Source: Cladosporium halotolerans
Taxonomy: Eukaryota
Assembly (NCBI RefSeq): GCF_011745625.1
Contig: NW_027191506.1
Span: 58,021-78,020 of the forward strand
Length of the DNA: 20,000 nucleotides
Direction: 5' to 3'
Position numbers and translations under genes: made by a program. The notes under the pieces were generated by a model, which was not told the origin of the DNA, did no database searches, and saw only the letters and a program-made list of their open reading frames with translations. This document shows positions 10,101-18,200 of this stretch, piece by piece. How positions within the stretch are numbered: position 1 is the stretch's first letter; the number at the start of each line of letters is the position of its first letter.

Positions 10101-11681
10101 GAGACATGCTTCGGCGTGTGCGCGAGATGAAAATTGATCACCTCGAGTGGCAGCCAGGCGAAAGTCGAGAAGCAGCACTGGTACTAGTCAGCGCCGAGGC
10201 CGTTTCGTCGAAGGACTTTATGAAGTATGCTCGTAGGCTGATAGCAGAGCAGAAGCTCGATCGGATCGTGGTCGACGAGTGCCACCTGACTGTGACTGCG
10301 GCCGAATATAGGCCCAGCATTATCGAGCTCACAGCGATCAGGAGCCTGAGAACTCAGTTCGTCTACCTTACAGCCACCCTCCCGCCATCTATGAGGGCGG
10401 AATTCGAGGAGAGGAACTATCTGCACCACCCTACAGTGGTCAGGGCACCCAGCAATCGACCGAACATCTTCTATATGGTGCGTAGGATCGACGCTCACTT
10501 GGGAAGCCTTCTCAAGCAGGCTGCAACCGAGGCCAAAGAGGCATGGATGGAGTCGGGTTTCTTCGACCACGCCTACGACAAGATCATACTGTACGTTAGG
10601 ACGTGCAAAGATGCAGACGATCTGGCAGAGCTACTCGGCTGTGATGCGTACACGGCAGAGAGTGGGACACCGGCAGAGAAGAAAGAGATACTCGATCGAT
10701 GGGTTCGGACTCCGGACACGCCTTACATCGTCGCCACCACCGCTCTTGCCGAAGGGTTCGACTATCCACACGTCCGGCTCATCATGAACGTGGACGAGCC
10801 GGAGTCGTTGGTCATCTTTGCCCAAGAGTCCGGTCGGGCGGGACGGGACGGGAAACGTGCATATTCGATGGTATTACTTCCCGCAACCTGGCAGCCTCAG
10901 GTCTCAGATGTTCCGTTGGATGAGCCGCGCGGGACGAACAACTACAGAGATGACCCGACACTTCGGAAGCGCCACGATAAGGAAGCAGCGCATCGATACC
11001 TACTGGGCAAGCAATGCTACCGGACGTCCCTGAGTGACTACTTGGACGTCGCTCGCCATCGAAGATGGTGCATGCCCGAAGATGGTGCATGCCCGAAGAT
11101 GTGCCTTGCGACATTTGCAAGGTGGCGCATCAGGGCATGATCGAACCCGTGGATAAAGTCGAACAGGACGACACACAGGGCTTCAGCTCATCCAGCAAGA
11201 AAAGCTTCGGGCCCACACAGAACTAGCGCAGTATCGTCTGGACCTAGCGAGTGTGAAGGGAACGTGCTTGCTCTGCAGGACAGCCAGACACGACTGGAAC
11301 CATGATTTCTCGACTTGCCCACGGCGTTTCGACATCTTTGAAGAAAGGAACAAAGCCAGGCGGCGGCACGAAGAACGAGGGCGGAAATGGCTACAGGCAT
11401 ACTCAAGCTGCTTCTGGTGTCTGAATCCGCAATCGATCTGTCAACAAGCGGAGCTGGGAAGCAGGGGTGGTAGAGGTTGCGAATACAGAGACATTGTACT
11501 CCCGCTCTGCTTCGGAGTTTTCGGGAGCGTTGAAGGGCCAGGGTGGCTTTACGAGCAGTTCGAGCGGAAGTTCAAGAACGTGGAGGATTACTTTGACTGG
11601 CTAGGAGAGGAAAGTAGATTTGGAGGAGGAAGCGCGATACAAGCAGTGCGAGTAGCAGGGCTAGCTCTACGGTCAGTGTAA
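7178..11681 (+). CDS. TLH-like protein: C2H2/DUF3505-like N-terminus + tyrosine-recombinase-like domain + RecQ-type helicase + Cys-rich C-terminus; 3' end broken by two frameshifts (main ORF ends 11140, C-terminal part continues in the 11253-11681 frame)
   Basis: ICLPC...HLQTHH; GGQPVRESE, YHK, HVANWRQ, QRNHKTRTVNRAY; LPTGAGKS, DECH, TAT, QESGRAGRDG; CYR...WC...CDIC; CLLC, CFWC. ATG at 7178. Confidence 0.9.
11060..11101 (+). repeat. 17-bp tandem duplication CGAAGATGGTGCATGCC causing a frameshift
   Basis: Units at 11060-11076 and 11077-11093 followed by CGAAGATG; removing one unit gives WCMPEDVPCDIC. Confidence 0.9.
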
Positions 11682-11735
11682 GGATCCTAATTATGTTTTC
11701 GTACGTTGAGAAGTAGGAGACTAAACCCTAACCTC

Positions 11736-12776
11736 TTGGAAGTGAAATAGATAAAAAATGAAATTAAAGGTTAAATGAAAAATGAAATAGGAAGTAGGAG
11801 AAAGAATAGAATTAGATAAAGTAGATATTAGGTTTAGAATTAGGAAATATATATAAGATAAAATAGGAATAAAGTTTTTTTTTTTTTTGATTTAAGGAAA
11901 AGAAAAGAAGAGGGAAAAAGGGATAAAGGAGAATATTTTAAAGAAAAAAAAAAGTAAGAAAAATAGAAGGGAGTTAGGGTTAGAAGTAGAGTAGATTAGG
12001 AAGAGATTAAAAGGTTTATTATAGTAAAGAAATGATTAGAAGTTAAAGGGTAAATTAAAGAATAGTAGTAAATTAATGTTAGTAAGATTAAAAGTGTTAA
12101 ATAAAAATTAAAAAGATAAAGGAGAGAAAATTAATAAGAATAGAAAATTAGTAGGATTTAAAATAAATAAGAAGAAAATTAAGGAATAAAGATAGAAGAA
12201 TAAAAGATAAATTAAGAGGAGTATTATAAGTAAGATAATAATAAAAAAAGAGTAATAAAGAATAGAAGGATTTTAGAGTTTAGGGTTATAAAGAATTAGA
12301 AGTAAAGAGGTTTTTTTTTTTTTTTTTTTTTTGAAAAAAGAAAGAAGAAAAAGGGAAAAAAAAAAGAGAAAAGATTAAGAAGGTAAAAAAAAAAAAAAAG
12401 AGAAAAGATTAAAAAGGGAAAAAAAAAAAAAAAAAAAAAGAGAAAAGATTAAAAAGGGAAAAAAAAAAAAAAAAAAAGGAAAGTTAAGGATAAAGAGAGA
12501 GATAAGTAGAAAGAATAAGAAGAGAGAAAAGAGAGAAAGGTTAGGATAAGGAGAAAAGAAGAAAAGAAGAATAAAAGAGAAAGAAGGATGTTTAAGAGGA
12601 TTATAGAGGATAAGAATAAAGATAAGTAGTAGAAATAAGTGAAGGTAAAGGAGATAGAATATAGTATAGATATAAAATAGAAAGGATAGGAATAAATAGA
12701 TGATTATAGTATAAGATAGATAAAAGAAGAAGAAGAGAAGAGAAGGAGAGAAGGAGTAGGATTAGGATTAGGATGA
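11736..12776 (+). repeat. Cytosine-free A/G/T low-complexity tract with poly-T and poly-A runs, GAGAAAAGATTAA units and TTAGGG/TTAGGA motifs
   Basis: No C seen between the C at 11735 and the C at 12777. Confidence 0.9.
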
Positions 12777-12780
12777 CTCT

Positions 12781-14241
12781 CATTCTACGAAGAAATCACG
12801 GTGGTTTTTTTGAAACGTAGGCGAAATTTGAGGTGGGTCCGGCTTATCGAGACGGTGGTTTTTTTGAAACTTCGACGGTGGTTTCTTTGAGCATCTGATG
12901 TCGTAAAATCACGAGATAAAAGCAGAAGATACATTCTTGCATCGCAATACTAGAAATGTATTTAGATACGATAAACAGCGTTTTCTTAGTGTTGCATGTA
13001 TGAGGTCTTCTGAAGGGTTAGGGCATCGCGACGCGGGGCTGTGTAACAGAACACGCTGGCGTCGCAAATATAATGTCGGCGTTGACAGAAGAAGAAAGCA
13101 AGATTCTTTCTTGGGAGGGAAGGGCTAGGGAATAATTGCGATGCGGCGCGTAAATATATAGGCATCGCCCGTCGAGTTCAAGAAAGCGTTAGGGTTTACA
13201 CGAATTATTCTTTTCACAGCATCAGAAGTTGACACAAGAAATCTGGAGCAAAAATGGGTCGCGCTGGATGTGACTTTGACAGCATTCTTCAACACAGACA
13301 ACGATACAAGATCATCATATGCAAGCCGTGTGCTTTCGCTGTCGTACCGGAACAAATCGATCGTCACTTGCGTGAGCATCACCCGCAGGTCGGCAAGGAA
13401 AAGCGTAGCCGGATTGCGGCGATTGGGGTAGCGCTAGAGGAAGTAGCACACAGCAAAGAGGAGGTCGTATACCCGCAAGCGAACGAAGGACCGATTGAAG
13501 GGCTCGCGGTATACAAGGACGGGCTGCTGTGTATGGGACAGCGAGACGGAAAGGCTTGTGAATATGTCTGCCGAACGATTTCTGGAATGCAGAAACACTG
13601 CCGATCGGAACACGGCTGGGTGAACGAGAGAGGACGTGGAGGAAATGTGCGAAAGAAGGGGTTACAAGCGTTGAATCGAATGTGGGAAGACAAGCAGAGG
13701 TGTCAGCGATTTTTCGAGTACCGGCAGTGGCAACGATACTTTGCCGTATCACGAGAGGAATCGATCGGAGAAGACGGAGAGGGGGACGAAGCAAGGGAGG
13801 AAACGATCGATGGCGAGTCACAATTGCGAGAAGTGTTACGAGAGAGCCGAGCAAAGGTGTCTGACGCACGGCAGCGGCAGGCCGTCGACGGCAGCTTCAA
13901 ACGATACGTTGCAGACCCGTGGCTCGAATTCACAGGGTGGCACAGACACTTGCAAGGCTTTCAGTGGGACGATCTACTGCGGTTCGTCGAGCCGACGGCT
14001 AGAGAACAATTGCAGAAGCAGGGAAAGCGCGGGAAAAAGGCGGTCCGCATGCCGGAAGAGGATGAAGGAGAGGAAGAGCTAACGAGAGCTTGCAGAGGGA
14101 CGAGGAAGGTAGTACGAGAGGCATTCGAGGCGTGCAGACCGGGGACGACAGGCAGAGCGATATTAGAGTACGTCAACAGAAAGGAAGCGGCGGGGGATCA
14201 GCCGAGCATGAAGGCGTTCGATGGCAGCCGGAAGCCGAGAT
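12781..14241 (+). mobile_element. Copy E: 5' part of another family member (leader plus truncated gene)
   Basis: Sharp start after the C-free tract; three ACGGTGGTTTYTTTGA repeats; AGGGTTAGGG at 13014-13023; ORF homologous to the copy D N-terminus. Confidence 0.65.
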
Positions 14242-14288
14242 CTAACATTACCCCAGCTGGTGAAACCTGGTTACACCAGCAGTTTTGA
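13254..14288 (+). pseudogene. 3'-truncated TLH-like gene (DUF3505-like N-terminal ~330 aa); the last 14 residues are read-through into the copy F leader
   Basis: ICKPCAFAV...HLREHH, CEYVCRT...MQKHCRSEHGW, CQRFF...WQRYFAV and PWLEFTGW match copy D; ends NITPAGETWLHQQF, identical to the end of ORF 14463-15116. Confidence 0.85.
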
Positions 14289-14342
14289 ACCCGGTTACAC
14301 CAGCAAGGCTTTAGGGTTAGGGTTGTTGCTGGTGTAACCAGG
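14256..14342. promoter_or_regulatory. Four copies of GGTTACACCAGC (reverse, forward, forward, reverse) with TTAGGGTTAGGGTT between the last pair; putative recombinase or telomere-protein binding site (repeated at 15084-15170)
   Basis: Copies at 14256-14267 (reverse, 1 mismatch), 14269-14280, 14293-14304 and 14328-14339 (reverse); telomere repeat at 14311-14324. Confidence 0.6.
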
Positions 14343-14471
14343 ACAGCTACTGACAGGGGTAAGAAATTTCCATATTGTAAGCATTGTCCAACTTATGAAA
14401 AATTGTAGGTATTGCAGATTGAAATCCAATCGCAAAAACCTGTCGTTTAGGGTCGAAGCGAATTGGTAAGC

Positions 14472-15116
14472 ATGGAGTCGGACAACTTGGCTGCGACTTA
14501 CGCTTTCAACGATCTGCTGCGTTCCACTAGCAAGCTTTGCAGCCTGTCTTTCTACCAAAAACACATCCCATGCGCACCGGTGCAAGTAGTCAATGACTCC
14601 AGCATATGCTACAGTCAAGATCTCAAGCTCCTCTTGTGTACTACTTGCAGCAAAGTTCAGAGCCGAGATACGACGATCCGGCATCTAAAGCAGAGGCACC
14701 GCACCGAGTACAGCCGATTAAAGAAGGCCTTGAAATCGATTCAAGACGAAATCAGCCGTTTACCTATCAACGCTGCGGAAGCAATCAGCATCAGCCATAA
14801 TAAATATTACTTCTCTTGCTTGCCCATCACCTTCGACAACTTCAAGTGTAGAGAGTGTGCTTATGTCGACATCAATCGAAAGAACGTCCGAAACCACTTC
14901 CAGTCGCACCATTCTTGTCATATCAAGAGTACTAAGAGTACGAACCAGAGGGCAGACTACGTACTCGAAAACATTCCTCTTCAGGTCCTAGAAGGGTTCC
15001 CTAACAACAAGAAAATTTGCTTCATTCCCAGGCTACCAGTTCTCCAAACCGATACACCATCCACCCAGCCTAACATTACCCCAGCTGGTGAAACCTGGTT
15101 ACACCAGCAGTTTTGA
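14472..15116 (+). pseudogene. Truncated first copy of the copy F gene (two zinc fingers only)
   Basis: Identical to the first ~200 aa of the 15300 ORF, then reads into the second leader. Confidence 0.9.
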
Positions 15117-15299
15117 ACCCGGTTACACCAGCAAGGCTTTAGGGTTAGGGTTGTTGCTGGTGTAACCAGGACAGCTACTGACAGGGGTAAGAAATTTCCA
15201 TATTGTAAGCATTGTCCAACTTATGAAAAATTGTAGGTATTGCAGATTGAAATCCAATCGCAAAAACCTGTCGTTTAGGGTCGAAGCGAATTGGTAAGC

Positions 15300-18200
15300 A
15301 TGGAGTCGGACAACTTGGCTGCGACTTACGCTTTCAACGATCTGCTGCGTTCCACTAGCAAGCTTTGCAGCCTGTCTTTCTACCAAAAACACATCCCATG
15401 CGCACCGGTGCAAGTAGTCAATGACTCCAGCATATGCTACAGTCAAGATCTCAAGCTCCTCTTGTGTACTACTTGCAGCAAAGTTCAGAGCCGAGATACG
15501 ACGATCCGGCATCTAAAGCAGAGGCACCGCACCGAGTACAGCCGATTAAAGAAGGCCTTGAAATCGATTCAAGACGAAATCAGCCGTTTACCTATCAACG
15601 CTGCGGAAGCAATCAGCATCAGCCATAATAAATATTACTTCTCTTGCTTGCCCATCACCTTCGACAACTTCAAGTGTAGAGAGTGTGCTTATGTCGACAT
15701 CAATCGAAAGAACGTCCGAAACCACTTCCAGTCGCACCATTCTTGTCATATCAAGAGTACTAAGAGTACGAACCAGAGGGCAGACTACGTACTCGAAAAC
15801 ATTCCTCTTCAGGTCCTAGAAGGGTTCCCTAACAACAAGAAAATTTGCTTCATTCCCAGGCTACCAGTTCTCCAAACCGATACACCATCCACCCAGCCTG
15901 AAGTCGCAACACCCCAGCCTGGCAACAGTCGCCCACACTTCCTTGCCGAAGATGTTCGAACAGCGATCCTTAACGCACATGAAAAGAGCATCGAAGAGAG
16001 GGAGTGTGAACAGTCGTACAACGATGCAGCCTCTAACAACAAGAAATTACTCAATAGCTTCCTCACTAACTCCAACCTTCTCGACTTCCTCCAGGAGAAG
16101 GACAGAGACATCCTTGTCGATCTCATCAGCACACCCACTAGCACTAATCTCAAGCTCGAGAAAGATCTCGACCTCGAGCTGCTCGAGGCAAACATCCTTA
16201 GCTTCATGCTCGAGGCGCACAAGCACATCCCCCACCTCACGAGAAGATTGCGGCAGTTGCTGAGAACGGAAGACGTCTCGAAATCGTACAAGGAAATGAA
16301 AGACTTTATCCAGTTAACAAGGCCCGAACCGCACTTCAAGAAATACTGTCGACTGGCAACGTTCATAATCCGAGTCCATCTCATCCAGGAGAACTACAAG
16401 GAGGCGTCTTCTGATACGATCAAGAGTAAATACTTCGATGCCACCGAGCATATCCATCTCAGCGAGGAGACTAGAACGTTCATAAAGCGGCTCATGGACC
16501 TTGGAATCAAGCCGATCCAGGACGATACCGATCAGGAATATACCCCAGCTTTACGCAGCATCGTCGCTCGACTTTTCCACTCCCTGTTGAAGGATCAGAT
16601 CCACTTGAAGGTCAAAGAGAACAACACGTTCAGGAACTCGGTTGTCTTTTTTTACTTCTGTAACATCTTACACCCGCAGACAAAAGAGGTCCTCGACAGC
16701 CCCATGGTCAGCAAAATTGCCAGCATCTTCATCTACAACAGCCGGCTGATGTTCCTCGCCTACTACTACGCCGTTGAAGATAAACACGTGCTTAACGAAC
16801 ACGATATGAATCGAATGTACGAGAAAGAAGTTCGCAAATATCTCAGCAACGATTCGAAGAATTATTTCGAGGAACTCACGCAGATCCGGGCCTTCAGTTT
16901 GAAGCTCGCCAAACAGCACAAGTCGACGACTTATACCATCAAAGAGAGCCCGGCGGGCACAGTAGAGTTCAACGGCGTGCCATATCCTATCGAACACATC
17001 AAGAACTTCTTCATGCGGTTGGGCGTTCAATTGGAAGGGCAACTCAAGAGTAAGCTGCTGTTCGTCAATCACCTGGACACGCTCGGGATCGATTTCAGCC
17101 GGATCGAAGATACGCCGCTACTCAACAAGACTGGCCAGAGCATTGTCGATACCCCGCAACTCGAGCGATTCAAGTCATGGTTCCTCCAGGAGCTCGTCAA
17201 GGGGGACAGCGAGCACAATCGATTCTTCGTCAAAGACGTGCGGGGCGGTCGAATCCGATTTAAACAATCGAGCGTTCAGCGCTTCCTTGCGGATCTCAAC
17301 ACTTTCACGGAGCTCCTCGCCAATGCCATCAACCTGTACAGTGGTGGCCCTCTCCGAGGCACGGAGCTAAATCTGATCCTCTACAAGAACACTAGCATAA
17401 AGGATAGGAGCATGTTGTACAACAAGGATGCGGGGATGTTCTTTGTGAAGACCGATTACAACAAGACCAATAATATCACGCGCAAGGAAAGGGTCAGCTA
17501 CCGCTACCTCACACCGGTGCTCAGTAGGATCGTCATCATCTACGTGGCAGCCGTCTTGCCGCTAAGGGACTACATCTATCGCCAACACTATCGCGACGAG
17601 CAATACGACAATCCGTACCTGCTAGGCAGAAACCAAGGGGCCGTCAGCTCGTACTCGATCAGCATTCGCTTGCAGAAGGAGACGTCCACCTCTTTCCGCA
17701 AAGGACTGAGTCTACAGGCGTGGAGGAAGATAATCAACTTCATCATCAAGACCAAGATGCACGCATCCCCGCTCGATCCCGACGATAGTAGTGACAGCAG
17801 CGACGACGAAGACCTCGTGGAAGACAAGCAGGCCAACAGAACCACCCAAGTCAGCTTCAACCACTATTTCAACTCGGAATTCTTCGTGAACAGCACCGTC
17901 ACCCCAAAAGATCTAAGCGCACTTCGAGAGTTCAGCATCCGGTACTTCAATTACTTCAACCTGCTGGACGACTTGCAGCCCACGGATCAGAAGTACAGCC
18001 GTATCACCATGAGCACTGATCCAGGGCCGGTCGAGATGGTCACGCTCGATAACAGAGGCGTGCTGCAGCGCCTAAGGAGGCTGTACGGCGACCCGAACGC
18101 CAACTTCTTCAACAACGAACAGAGAAAGTGCGTTAGTCAAGTGCTCTCGGGTCGACCGTACATCACATACATCAACCGAACGGGCTCGGGCAAGTCGTTG

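Larger units (their letters stand above)
6734..12776 (+). mobile_element. Copy D: near-complete putative YR-helicase element (leader, gene, C-free tail)
   Basis: Abrupt composition change at 6734 interrupting copy C; palindromic leader; one long gene; purine-rich tail running to the next junction. Confidence 0.6.
14242..15899 (+). repeat. Apparently identical 828-bp tandem duplication (14242-15071 = 15070-15899) of the copy F 5' end, with CT microhomology
   Basis: ORF-track duplicates are offset by 828 with identical translations; the copies diverge after CCCAGCCT (AAC vs GAA). Confidence 0.97.

Noticed and set aside
7262..11406. Many short overlapping or antisense ORFs inside copy D (similarly in E and F)
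   Set aside because: No recognisable motifs; expected by-products of long GC-rich ORFs.
12601..12783. Hydrophobic 60-aa minus ORF
   Set aside because: Artefact of the low-complexity C-free tract.
12798..12890. CRISPR-like repeat-spacer pattern
   Set aside because: Only three short repeats with irregular spacing, eukaryotic context and no cas genes.
14311..14324. True chromosome end or healed telomere
   Set aside because: Only about two repeat units, internal, and embedded within the element leader.
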